Shown: positions 50,363-60,851 of the stretch, piece by piece
How positions within the stretch are numbered: the stretch's first letter is position 1
Layout of the letters: every line of letters starts with the position of its first letter
From: Rikenellaceae bacterium
GTDB taxonomy: Bacteria > Bacteroidota > Bacteroidia > Bacteroidales > Rikenellaceae
Direction of reading: 5' to 3'
NCBI GenBank assembly: GCA_031256675.1
Contig: JAIRQC010000084.1
Coordinates: forward strand, 10,083 to 74,082
Length of the DNA: 64,000 bases
Position numbers and translations under genes: made by a program
The notes under the pieces: generated by a model
What the model saw: the letters and a program-made list of their open reading frames with translations, nothing else
Told to the model about the DNA's origin: nothing
Database searches by the model: none

Positions 50363-52552
50363 TTACCGGATGAACAGCAGTTCGCGGTATTTGGGCAGCG
50401 GCCACATCTCGTTGTCGACGATCAACTCCAGCTTGTCGATATGGTAGCGGATGCTCTCCATCAACGGGATCACGTTGTCGTGATAGGAGATGGACTTTTC
50501 GCGCTCGCATTCGATTTTGTTGGCCACCTTGCGGGCGTTGATCATGTTCTCCACGCCGAGAGTGATCTCTTTGGTGTGATTTGCGATACGTTCGATCAGC
50601 AGGCGGTTCTGCGACGACATCTCCTGTCCCTGCTCGCCGGGGAAGAGGACGGCGGTCTTCGACACGTTGTCGAGCAACTTCGACTGATAGCCCGTGGCCA
50701 CGGGAATGATGTGGTTCAGGGCCAGGTCGCCCAGTACGCGCGACTCGATCTGGATCTTCTTCGTGTAGGTCTCCCAGCTGACCTCGCAACGCGAGTGCAG
50801 CTCCTTGGCGTTGAGGACGCCGGTCGAGGCGAACATCGCCACGCTGCTCTCTTTCAGGAAATTGTCGATGATCACCGGCACGCTGGTCTCGCAGTCGAGG
50901 CCGCGTTTGGCAGCTTCGGCCTTCCATTCGTCGCTGTAACCGTTGCCGTCGAAGCGGATGGCCTTGCTCTCGGCGATATAGCGTTTGATCACCTCGAAGA
51001 TCGCCTTCTCTTTGGCCGACCCTTTGGTTGTGAGGGTGTTAACCTCTGCGACGAACTCCTCCAGCTGTTCGGCGACGGCCGTGTTGAGCGCCGTCATCGC
51101 GTTGCCGCAGTTCTCCGACGACCCTACGGCGCGGAACTCGAAGCGGTTGCCGGTGAAGGCGAAAGGCGAGGTTCGGTTGCGGTCGGTGTTGTCTATGAAT
51201 ATTTCGGGGATGTGGCCGATGCCGAGTTTCAGCCCCGATTTTTTGTCTATTACGATAGCCTCGTCGGTCTTCGAGCTCTCGACCTTGTCGAGCACCTGCG
51301 AGATCTGGGCGCCGAGGAAGATCGAGATGATGGCCGGAGGGGCCTCGTTGGCGCCGAGGCGGTGGGCGTTGGTGGCGGTCGAGATCGACGCTTTCAGCAG
51401 GCCGTTGTGTTTGTGAACGGCTTTGAGAACGTTGGCCACGAAGGTCACGAATTGCAGGTTGCTCACGGCGTCCTTGCCCGGCGAGAGCAGGTTGACCCCC
51501 GTGTCGGTGCCGAGCGACCAGTTGCAGTGCTTGCCCGAGCCGTTGATCCCCTTGAAGGGCTTCTCGTGCAGCACCACGCGGAACGAATGTTTGCGGGCCA
51601 CGCGGCGCATGACCGACATGACCAGCAGGTTGTGATCGACGGCAAGATTGGCCTCCTCGTAGATCGGGGCCAGCTCGAACTGATTGGGGGCCACCTCGTT
51701 ATGGCGCGTCTTGACCGGAATGCCCAGTTTCAGCGACTCTATTTCGAGGTCGGTCATGAAAGCCAGCACGCGCGAGGGGATATGGCCGAAATAGTGATCC
51801 TCCAGCTGCTGGTTCTTGGCGCTGTCGTGGCCCATGAGCGTGCGCCCCGTCAGCATGAGGTCGGGACGGCCTGCCCACAGGGCCTCGTCCACCAGAAAAT
51901 ACTCCTGCTCCCAGCCGAGGAACGAGGTGATCTTCCCCACATTCTCGTCGAACATCTTGCAGACCTTTACGCCCGCCCTGTTCACCGCGTCAAGGGCTTT
52001 GAGCAGCGGGGCTTTATAGTCGAGCGCCTCGCCGGTGTAGGAGATAAAGATGGTGGGTATGCAGAGCGTGTCGCCGACTACGAAGGCGGGCGAAGCGGGA
52101 TCCCACGCCGTATAGCCGCGGGCCTCGAACGTGTTGCGGATGCCGCCGCTCGGGAAACTCGATGCGTCCGGCTCCTGCTGCACCAGCAGTTTGCCCGAAA
52201 ACTCCTCTATCATGCTGCCGTTGCCGTCGAACTCCGAGAACAGGTCGTGTTTCTCCGCCGTGCCGCCCGTCAGGGGCTGGAACCAGTGGGTGTAGTGCGT
52301 TGCGCCCATCGAGATAGCCCACTGCTTCATCCCCTGGGCGACCTCCTCGGCCAGCTCGTGCGTGAGCGGGCTGCCCGTCTCGATAGCATTACAGAAGCCC
52401 TTCAACCCGGCCTTCGAAAGGTGGCTCCGCATCTTGTCGATGGTGAAGACATTGCACCCGAAATACTCGGACGACCTCTCGCCGTCAACCTCGGCTTGAA
52501 GGGCTTTGCGCTTCTGCGCTTCATTCAAAAGTTTGAACCTTAACATGCTCAT
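50363..52552 (-). CDS. glnA: Glutamine synthetase type III
   Basis: ATHYTHWFQPLT, EPDASSFPSGG, HNEVAPNQFE, DRNRTSPFAFTGNRFEFR; ATG start MSMLRF. Confidence 0.96.
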   Translation of the reverse strand: MSMLRFKLLNEAQKRKALQAEVDGERSSEYFGCNVFTIDKMRSHLSKAGLKGFCNAIETGSPLTHELAEEVAQGMKQWAISMGATHYTHWFQPLTGGTAEKHDLFSEFDGNGSMIEEFSGKLLVQQEPDASSFPSGGIRNTFEARGYTAWDPASPAFVVGDTLCIPTIFISYTGEALDYKAPLLKALDAVNRAGVKVCKMFDENVGKITSFLGWEQEYFLVDEALWAGRPDLMLTGRTLMGHDSAKNQQLEDHYFGHIPSRVLAFMTDLEIESLKLGIPVKTRHNEVAPNQFELAPIYEEANLAVDHNLLVMSVMRRVARKHSFRVVLHEKPFKGINGSGKHCNWSLGTDTGVNLLSPGKDAVSNLQFVTFVANVLKAVHKHNGLLKASISTATNAHRLGANEAPPAIISIFLGAQISQVLDKVESSKTDEAIVIDKKSGLKLGIGHIPEIFIDNTDRNRTSPFAFTGNRFEFRAVGSSENCGNAMTALNTAVAEQLEEFVAEVNTLTTKGSAKEKAIFEVIKRYIAESKAIRFDGNGYSDEWKAEAAKRGLDCETSVPVIIDNFLKESSVAMFASTGVLNAKELHSRCEVSWETYTKKIQIESRVLGDLALNHIIPVATGYQSKLLDNVSKTAVLFPGEQGQEMSSQNRLLIERIANHTKEITLGVENMINARKVANKIECEREKSISYHDNVIPLMESIRYHIDKLELIVDNEMWPLPKYRELLFIR

Positions 52553-52633
52553 ATTCTTGTTTGTATTTGATTGTTTTTTCAAAATGGCCTCTCGGGACGC
52601 CGACCTGCCGGCGTCCCGATCGACTGCGGCGTT

Positions 52634-53668
52634 CTATTTAAGGAAGATGTTGTTCTGTCGGCAGGCGTCGATCATCTCGTCGCTCCACAGCGACGCCTGC
52701 ACTTCGCCGATGTGCGCGCAGCGCAGGAAGTACATGCACAGACGGCTCTGGCCTATGCCGCCGCCGATGGAGAGGGGTATGCGGTCTTCGATGAGCATAC
52801 GGTGGAACAGCAGCTCCCTGCGTTCGGGGCAGCCTTCGATGTCGAGCTGGCGCAGCAGGGCCTCCTTGTCGACGCGAATACCCATCGAGGAGATCTCGAA
52901 TGCCGAGTCGAGCACGTCGCTCCACAGGATGATGTCGCCGTTGAGCCCTTTGTGCTTGCCATCGGTCGGGGTCGACCAGTCGTCGTAGTCGGGGGCGCGC
53001 CCGTCGTGCTTTTTGCCGTCGGCGAGCTTGCCTCCGATGCCGATAACAAAAATAGCGCCGTACTTCTTGGCCGCGGCGGTCTCACGTTCGCGGGGCGATA
53101 GGTCGGGGTACTGCGCCAGAAGGTCTTCGGTGTGGAGGAAGGTGATCTTGTCGGGCAGCGACGGGGTGATGTGCGAGTGCTGTTCGTAGACATACTGCTC
53201 AATGCCGAGCAGCACGCCGTAGATCTTCTCGACGATGGATTTGAGGAAGTCGACGGTGCGATCCTCTTTGGTTATGGTGCGCTCCCAGTCCCACTGGTCG
53301 ACATAGAGCGAGTGGAGGTTGTCGAGCTCCTCGTCGGCGCGGATCGCGTTCATGTCGGTGTAGATGCCGTAGCCGGCTGGGATCTTGTATGCGCCCAGCT
53401 TCATGCGTTTCCACTTGGCCAGCGAGTGCACCACCTCGGCCTTGGCGTCGCCCATGTCGGCAACCTTGAACGACACGGCGTGTTCGATACCGTTGAGGTC
53501 GTCGTTAACGCCGGTACCGGCAAGCACGAAAAGGGGCGCCGTTACGCGGCGCAGTCCGAGCGCCTGTGACAGCTCGAACGGAAATTCGGTTTTCAGGGCC
53601 TCAATGACCCGCTCCATTGTCTCCGGAGCAAGCGTTGCCCGGTAGTCTGACGGAATGTAAAGTTTCAT
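52634..53668 (-). CDS. asnA: Aspartate--ammonia ligase
   Basis: EVVHSLAKWKR, YVDQWDWE, RAPDYDDW, SIGGGIGQSR. Confidence 0.97.
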   Translation of the reverse strand: MKLYIPSDYRATLAPETMERVIEALKTEFPFELSQALGLRRVTAPLFVLAGTGVNDDLNGIEHAVSFKVADMGDAKAEVVHSLAKWKRMKLGAYKIPAGYGIYTDMNAIRADEELDNLHSLYVDQWDWERTITKEDRTVDFLKSIVEKIYGVLLGIEQYVYEQHSHITPSLPDKITFLHTEDLLAQYPDLSPRERETAAAKKYGAIFVIGIGGKLADGKKHDGRAPDYDDWSTPTDGKHKGLNGDIILWSDVLDSAFEISSMGIRVDKEALLRQLDIEGCPERRELLFHRMLIEDRIPLSIGGGIGQSRLCMYFLRCAHIGEVQASLWSDEMIDACRQNNIFLK

Positions 53669-53890
53669 ACAGTTGTATTTTTTAGAGTTGTTTTTTGCGG
53701 GCCTCCGCCCATTGTGTGTTTTTTTGCGATCAATTGATCCCTTTGCGCAACATGGTCGCGCTTATTTGTCCGCCGACGCGGACGGATTTTCTTTTTCGCG
53801 ACCAGGTAGCGATGCTTTTTCCCGCTGCGCGCGTGGCTTTTTTGAGAGCCTCCGCTCATTGGGTGTAACATTTTCACATCTGGCGATGTG

Positions 53891-54160
53891 GCAGTTTCTC
53901 TTCTACTTTTTTGACAGCAAAAAAGTAGCAAAAAACTGCGCCGGCGCGATAAAAGCTAAAATCGTCGGCGCGAGGGTTAAATTTCGGTTTGCCAAAATTT
54001 TTAACGCCCTCGCGCTGCGCCGATTTCTTCACGCTTTTTCGCGCCTCGGCGTGCCCTCGCCTTTCGAGGCGATTCGCGGCTTCGTCGCGAAAAGAACTTC
54101 GGCTTTGCAGAGCAAAGTCGGCAGAGAGCAGCCGTCGGATGCGGAGGACTGCTCTCGCGT
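53891..54160. other. Highly structured intergenic element (MITE-like or ncRNA)
   Basis: CTACTTTTTTG/CAAAAAAGTAG hairpin, ~105-nt rod hairpin at 53940-54050, four further hairpins. Confidence 0.55.
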
Positions 54161-54265
54161 GGCTCGAACGCCCCCCGCCGGCCGCGGGCCGAAAGGAGGC
54201 GATCGAAAAACGCACTGAGCGCAGCGGTGAGAAAGCAGCGCGATACGCAGTATCGCAAAAAGCCC

Positions 54266-55702
54266 CTACTCGTTGTCGCTGTAAGCGAACTCGCCGTGCT
54301 GCGAGATGTCGAGACCGATGGCCTCCGACTCCCTGTCGACGCGCAGGCCTGCAACCCTGTCCACTATCACAAACAGCAGCCATGTCATCACGCCGCTGAA
54401 TACCGCCGCGGTGAGATTGACCACCGTCTGTACACCCAACTGACGCCAGTCGCCGTAGAGCGCGCCCTGCGCTCCGCCGTCGCCCGTGACGAACTGCGTC
54501 GCGAAGACGCCGGTGAGGATCGCCCCGACAAAACCGCCCACGCCGTGAACCCCGAAAGCGTCGAGCGAGTCGTCGTATCCTGCCTTGGGTTTGATGATGG
54601 CCACAAAGACATAGCATATTATCGCCGAGGCCAGACCTATGACGACCGCCCCCATTGCATCAACCGTGCCCGCCGCAGGAGTGATGGCCACCAGACCTGC
54701 CACTACGCCCGTACAGATGCCTACCACCGACGGTTTACTGTTGAACACCCATTCGAGCGTCATCCACGTTACGGCCGCTACCGCCGTCGCGAGGTGGGTT
54801 ACGAGGAAAGCGTTGCCCGCCAGACCGTCCGCCGCCAGACCGCTGCCGGCGTTGAAGCCGAACCAGCCCAGCCACAGCAGGGCCGCGCCGATGACCACAA
54901 ACGGAACGTTATGCGGGGTGATGGGCTGTCCTCCGGGGCGGTAAGCCTTGCGGCGACCGAGCATAAGAGCCATCACCAGCGCCGAAACACCCGCGTTGAT
55001 ATGCACCACGGTGCCTCCGGCGAAGTCGAGCGCGCCCATAGCCCCCATCCAGCCGCCGCCCCATACCCAGTGTGCCATCGGGTTGTAGACGATAAGCGAC
55101 CAGAGAATGGTGAAGAGCAGGAAGCCCGAGAACTTGATCCTCTCGGCAAAAGCGCCGATGATCAGGGCAGGGGTGATGACGGCGAACATGCACTGGAACA
55201 GCACGAAAACCAGTTCGGGAATGGAACCGAAGAGTGTGTCGAGCCGGATGCCGTGCAGGAACGCCTTGTCGAAGCCGCCGATGACGGCGCCCCAGAAGCT
55301 GCCGCCCGAGCCGTCCTCGCCCGGCATAAATTCCGAACCGAAGACCATGCTGTAGCCGACGACGATCCACTCGATGCTGACGACCGCCGTGATCACCATA
55401 CACTGCATCATGATGCTCAGCACGTTCTTGCGGCGTACCAGGCCGCCGTAGAAAAACGCCAGGCCGGGAACGGTCATCAGCATCACCAGTATGGTCGCCA
55501 CGATGATCCACGCCGTGTCGCCCTTGTCGAGAACCGGGGCCGCATCTATTGTCGCGGCAACTGCAGCCGCCGCCTCTTCGACCGGCGCAGAGAGCTGTTC
55601 GGTTGCCGCCGCCGTCGTGTCCGGCGTTTGCGCCATGAGGGCCGCCGTGCCGAACAGCGTCAGCCCCGCAGCCATAATATACGTTAAAACTTTTGCTTTC
55701 AT
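54266..55702 (-). CDS. amtB: Ammonium transporter
   Basis: PGLAFFYGG, FQCMFA, HWVWGGGW, DFAGGTVVH, WFGFNAGS, DDSLDAFGVHG; start MKAKVLT. Confidence 0.96.
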   Translation of the reverse strand: MKAKVLTYIMAAGLTLFGTAALMAQTPDTTAAATEQLSAPVEEAAAAVAATIDAAPVLDKGDTAWIIVATILVMLMTVPGLAFFYGGLVRRKNVLSIMMQCMVITAVVSIEWIVVGYSMVFGSEFMPGEDGSGGSFWGAVIGGFDKAFLHGIRLDTLFGSIPELVFVLFQCMFAVITPALIIGAFAERIKFSGFLLFTILWSLIVYNPMAHWVWGGGWMGAMGALDFAGGTVVHINAGVSALVMALMLGRRKAYRPGGQPITPHNVPFVVIGAALLWLGWFGFNAGSGLAADGLAGNAFLVTHLATAVAAVTWMTLEWVFNSKPSVVGICTGVVAGLVAITPAAGTVDAMGAVVIGLASAIICYVFVAIIKPKAGYDDSLDAFGVHGVGGFVGAILTGVFATQFVTGDGGAQGALYGDWRQLGVQTVVNLTAAVFSGVMTWLLFVIVDRVAGLRVDRESEAIGLDISQHGEFAYSDNE

Positions 55703-55719
55703 GAGATCGATGGTTTTGT

Positions 55720-55740
55720 GGCGCCTGTGCAAGAGGCGCC
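55720..55740 (-). promoter_or_regulatory. CUUGCAC-loop hairpin in the amt leader
   Basis: mRNA GGCGCCU-CUUGCAC-AGGCGCC, 17 nt before AUG; same loop as the two hairpins at 59183-59234. Confidence 0.65.
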
Positions 55741-55749
55741 TGTTTTTTG

Positions 55750-55810
55750 CCGTCGTTGCGGGCCTCGCAGGGGCTAAGCAATCCTGCCTGTAAAGTTCCC
55801 GCAGTGACGG
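55750..55810. repeat. GTCATTGCG-type palindromic (REP-like) element
   Basis: CCGTCGTTGCGGG...AAGCAATCC...CCCGCAGTGACGG. Confidence 0.6.
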
Positions 55811-55817
55811 TGTTCGA

Positions 55818-56168
55818 TTATTTTTCCCTGTTATACAGCGATTCGTCGCCCACCTCGCCCGTGCGGATGCGGATGCTCTGGTCGACCGGCGAGATGAAGA
55901 TGCGCCCGTCGCCGCTCTCGCCGGTGAAGGCGGCCTTGCGGATGACCTCGATCGAGCGGTCGACATTCTGGTCGCGAACGACGAACGACAGGTAAACGCG
56001 GGCTATGGTGTTGACGTCGTAGGCTATGCCGCGAAAAATGAGCCCCTGTTTGGCGTCGCCCTGACCGCTGACGTCCCACCACGACAGAAAGTCGATATCG
56101 GCCTCGTGCAGGGCCTGACGGACGTCCATAAATTTCGATTTGCGAATGATCGCTTCTACCTTTTTCAT
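55818..56168 (-). CDS. Nitrogen regulatory protein P-II
   Basis: MKKVEAIIR, T-loop FRGIAY, TGESGDGRIF, IRIRTGE; adjacent to amt. Confidence 0.95.
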   Translation of the reverse strand: MKKVEAIIRKSKFMDVRQALHEADIDFLSWWDVSGQGDAKQGLIFRGIAYDVNTIARVYLSFVVRDQNVDRSIEVIRKAAFTGESGDGRIFISPVDQSIRIRTGEVGDESLYNREK

Positions 56169-56345
56169 GGTTTTTTGCTTTTGTGAGAATTATACTCCGA
56201 ACTTTTTGGGCGGCGGGGCGATCGCGATCGAAAATCCCCACCCCCGTTTCGCCGCGCGGCCCCCCGACCGCCGCGGCCTTAATTCCCTCTCTTTTTCCAC
56301 CCCGTCAGGGGTTTCGGGCCATCGAGTAGGCCGAATACGGCAGTT

Positions 56346-57566
<1,221 letters not shown>

Positions 57567-57575
57567 TATTTTACA

Positions 57576-58400
57576 CTATAATAGCTCTCCTTCGAATACC
57601 GTTACCGCCCCTCCGGTCATGCAGACCCTCTGCGCCCACTCTATTTCGAGGTCGCCACCGGTAAGGTGCACCGTGGCGCGGGGGTCGGCGAGGTTGTTCA
57701 GCGCAGCCGCCACCACCGCGGCGCAGGCCCCCGTGCCGCAGGCCAGCGTCTCGCCCGCCCCGCGCTCCCACACGCGCATCTTCAGCTCGGCGCGGTTCAC
57801 GATCTCGATAAACTCCACGTTGGTCCTCTCAGGAAACAGCGGGTGGAGTTCTATGGCCCGCCCGATGCGGTGCACGTCGGCGTTCTCGACGCTGTTCACA
57901 AATATCACGGCGTGGGGATTGCCCATCGAGACGCATGTGACCTCGAACCGCTCACCGTCGACCTCTACCGGCAGCCCGATAACGGGGCTGTGCGACGCCA
58001 GCACGGGAATCCGCACCGCCTCCAACTCCGGTATCCCCATGTCGACCCTGACGGTGGAGACCCTGCCTCCCTCAACGTTGAGGGCAAGGTGTTTGACCCC
58101 TGCCAGCGTTTCGAGCGACAGCTCGCGCCTGTTGGTCATTCCCTTGTCGTAGACGTACTTGCCCACGCATCGCGAAGCGTTGCCGCACATCTGGGCCTCC
58201 GAGCCGTCCGAATTGAACATTCTCATCCGAAAATCTGCCACGTCGGAGCGGCATATCAACACCAGCCCGTCCGAGCCGACGCCAAAGTGTCTGTCGCTCA
58301 CCCTTACCGCCAGCGAGGCGGGGTCTTCTATCTCCCGTGCGGTGCAATCGACATACACATAGTCGTTTCCCGCACCGTGCATCTTTGTGAACCTTATCAT
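57576..58400 (-). CDS. dapF: Diaminopimelate epimerase
   Basis: FTKMHGAGND, MCGNASRC, ERGAGETLACGTG. Confidence 0.97.
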   Translation of the reverse strand: MIRFTKMHGAGNDYVYVDCTAREIEDPASLAVRVSDRHFGVGSDGLVLICRSDVADFRMRMFNSDGSEAQMCGNASRCVGKYVYDKGMTNRRELSLETLAGVKHLALNVEGGRVSTVRVDMGIPELEAVRIPVLASHSPVIGLPVEVDGERFEVTCVSMGNPHAVIFVNSVENADVHRIGRAIELHPLFPERTNVEFIEIVNRAELKMRVWERGAGETLACGTGACAAVVAAALNNLADPRATVHLTGGDLEIEWAQRVCMTGGAVTVFEGELL

Positions 58401-58407
58401 AAAAAAA

Positions 58408-59136
58408 TTAAAATGAAATTCCGAATACCAGATGGGCCTCGTCGGCTGCCGGCGAGAGAATGGCCTGGGCGAACACCGGCAGGCTGAACTTGTCGGTGAA
58501 GGCGATCTCTTTTGCCGCCTTGAAGCCCAGGGCGGCGACGGTGAACTCTTTGGTCGCGCCGCGCGTGGCCCCCAGCCAGCTCGCTTTCCAGGGCGAGACG
58601 CCCAGGCTGGCCGTACAGGCTACCTCCTTGACCCTGAAATCGTAAGCGGCCTCGAACCAGGACGAGTACATCTGTCTGACTTTGCCCTGAGCGTCGAGTT
58701 CCGTGTCGGCTCCTGCGAACATCGTGCTCCACGCAAGCGTCAGTGGGAACTTCTCGCCGAAGCAGTAGCTGACCGTCCCCTCGAAGTAGTGGCTATCCTT
58801 GTACGGGGCTGCAAAGTATGGCGCACCCACGCCGTTCCACCAGTAGTCGGTCACCCCCACAGACAGGCCGCAGATACTGTAAAAGAGCGAGTAGTCGAAC
58901 TCCTTGTGGCCCATGCCGGCAAAACCCACGTCGGAACTGCCCCACGCGCCCAGTGTGAAGCCCCTGTAAGAGGCCGAGACGGAGGGTTGTACGCTAACCC
59001 CGGCCTGATAGACCCCGCGCCACACATACGAGCTGACCACGTCGGCCCCTGCGCCAACTTCGATTGTTTTCTGTGCCCGAAGGCCCGTTACACAGCAAAA
59101 CAGCGCTACCGCTGCAAAATATATCGAGCGTTTCAT
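58408..59136 (-). CDS. TorF-like putative outer-membrane porin
   Basis: Signal peptide MKRSIYFAAVALF; VSSYVWRG, GFTLGAWGS, terminal Phe; next to N-assimilation genes. Confidence 0.75.
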   Translation of the reverse strand: MKRSIYFAAVALFCCVTGLRAQKTIEVGAGADVVSSYVWRGVYQAGVSVQPSVSASYRGFTLGAWGSSDVGFAGMGHKEFDYSLFYSICGLSVGVTDYWWNGVGAPYFAAPYKDSHYFEGTVSYCFGEKFPLTLAWSTMFAGADTELDAQGKVRQMYSSWFEAAYDFRVKEVACTASLGVSPWKASWLGATRGATKEFTVAALGFKAAKEIAFTDKFSLPVFAQAILSPAADEAHLVFGISF

Positions 59137-59182
59137 TGTTTTTCCGTTTTTTGTTTGTAATTTTGTTTCGCTTTTTTGAGAT

Positions 59183-59234
59183 CGATCTTCGTGCAAGGAA
59201 GATCGTCCGGCGGAACTCGTGCAAGGAGTTCCGC
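59183..59234 (-). promoter_or_regulatory. Tandem CUUGCAC-loop hairpins in the porin leader
   Basis: mRNA GCGGAACUC-CUUGCAC-GAGUUCCGC, 4 nt, CGAUCUUC-CUUGCAC-GAAGAUCG. Confidence 0.7.
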
Positions 59235-59352
59235 AAATCGTTTCGCCTGAATTACCTCCGTCCCCCCGGCGGGGGTTTTTCTTTGAGGCGACCTTGTGAA
59301 CCTGTCCCATGATCTTAAATTTTTATTTGTCGCGGGCTGCGCCCGATTTTTA

Positions 59353-60585
59353 TTATTTGCCCCAGTCCCCTATCCTTGTGCTTGCCCTCATGACCTGCGT
59401 CTGGTCGGCGAAGGCGCTGAGCCTTACGTAACCCTCGCCGCTGGGGCCGAACCGCTCGCCGGGAGAGGAGAGTATCTCGCACTCGCCGAGGAGCTTCTCG
59501 AAGAGTTTCCACGACGAGCGCCACGGCGACTCCATCCATATGAACGGGGCGTCGACCCCGCCGCAGTATCTCAATCCCGTCCTGTCCAGCGCCGCCCGCA
59601 GCATCGAGGCGTTGCTCATGTAGTAATCGACGTTCTGCCTCACTTCGCGCCGTCCCTGCTCGGTGTAGAGCGCTTCGGCCGCCCGCTGGATGATGTACGA
59701 CGGGGCGTTGCTCTTGATGGCCTGCCGCCGCTGCCAGAGGTCGTTGAAAAAGATCTCCTTGCCGCTGTATATCGAGTAGCCCTCCACCTCCCTCGGTATG
59801 ACCGTGTAGCCGCAGTGGAGCCCTGTGAAGCCCGCCGACTTCGAGAAGCTGTGGAACTCGATGGCCACCTTGCGCGCCCCCTTTATTTCGTAGATGGAAC
59901 GGGGAACGTCGTCCGAGGTAATGAAAGCCTCGTAGGTTGCGTCGAAAAGTATCAATACCTTGTTTTCAATTGCATAGTCGACCCATTTTTTCAGCTGTCC
60001 CGTTGTCAGGGCTATCCCCGTCGGGTCGTTGGGGAAGCTGAGGAAGATCACGTCGGGACGCTCTTCGGGCAGCGACGGTATGAAGTTGTTGTCGCTCGTT
60101 GCGGTCAGGTAGACGATGTTGCTCCAATGGCGTCCCTTTTCGAGTATCCCTGCCCGGTAACCGACGACGTTCGACTCGACGTAGGTCTGAAATATCGGGT
60201 CGAGCACGCCGATGCGGTTGTCGCGGCACAGTATGTCGCCGATGCTGGCCACATCCTGCTTGGTGCCCTCGTTGATGAATATCTCCTCCTCGGCAATGCG
60301 AACGCCGCGCGCCTTGAAGTCGTTCTTCACGATAGCCTCGATCAGGAAACTGCACCCGCGCTCCGGGCCGCGGCCAAGGAACGGGCTTTTGCCGCCCAGC
60401 TCGCTCACGCTGGCCTGCATGGCATTGACCACGCTCGGCAGCAGGGGCAAGGCCACGTCGCCGCTGTCGAGCCGTATGGGTTCCGTTCCGGGGTTGACGA
60501 AACGGAATTGCTTGATGCGTCCCTCGATCTCGCGCGCCACTGCGTCCTGCGACACCTTTAAGAACTGAGAATTTATCAGCGCCAT
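59353..60585 (-). CDS. Divergent DapL-like PLP aminotransferase paralog
   Basis: Colinear with dapL; keeps DATY and SFSK; several substrate/PLP motifs changed. Confidence 0.85.
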   Translation of the reverse strand: MALINSQFLKVSQDAVAREIEGRIKQFRFVNPGTEPIRLDSGDVALPLLPSVVNAMQASVSELGGKSPFLGRGPERGCSFLIEAIVKNDFKARGVRIAEEEIFINEGTKQDVASIGDILCRDNRIGVLDPIFQTYVESNVVGYRAGILEKGRHWSNIVYLTATSDNNFIPSLPEERPDVIFLSFPNDPTGIALTTGQLKKWVDYAIENKVLILFDATYEAFITSDDVPRSIYEIKGARKVAIEFHSFSKSAGFTGLHCGYTVIPREVEGYSIYSGKEIFFNDLWQRRQAIKSNAPSYIIQRAAEALYTEQGRREVRQNVDYYMSNASMLRAALDRTGLRYCGGVDAPFIWMESPWRSSWKLFEKLLGECEILSSPGERFGPSGEGYVRLSAFADQTQVMRASTRIGDWGK

Positions 60586-60606
60586 TTTGACCTCCTAATC
60601 CTGATG

Positions 60607-60614
60607 CAAAAGTA
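60607..60614 (-). promoter_or_regulatory. -7 box of the nitrogen operon promoter
   Basis: Minus-strand TACTTTTG 21 nt upstream of ATG. Confidence 0.6.
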
Positions 60615-60815
60615 TGAAATCATTCGCTCTGCCCGAACGGTTGTAATAATAAAATTTTTTAGAAATTAGCTGTTTTTACGATTTTCAAGAATTATGCGGT
60701 ATTTTGCTTATGGTTTGTAAGCAAAATATCGCCATGAAACATCAAAATACCACCCTGCCGGAGGCGGCGCAAATCGAAACATTTGTCAGGTCGTGCTGCG
60801 CCATGAAAAAAATAT

Positions 60816-60823
60816 TACTTTTG
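60816..60823 (+). promoter_or_regulatory. -7 box of the divergent promoter
   Basis: TACTTTTG 28 nt upstream of ATG 60852. Confidence 0.55.
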
Positions 60824-60851
60824 TGGCGCAAAAAAAGATAAGGTTGCAACC

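Noticed and set aside
54240-54262. Terminator after amt
   Set aside because: On the mRNA strand the U tract precedes the hairpin rather than following it.
59183-59234. ANTAR-binding dual hairpin or a tRNA-Ala gene
   Set aside because: Loops are 7 nt without the A1/G4 hexaloop on the sense strand; there is no D-arm, T-arm or acceptor stem.
59137-59310. 58-codon N-terminal extension of the porin from ATG 59310
   Set aside because: The signal peptide begins at 59136; the extension crosses hairpins and low-complexity A-rich sequence.
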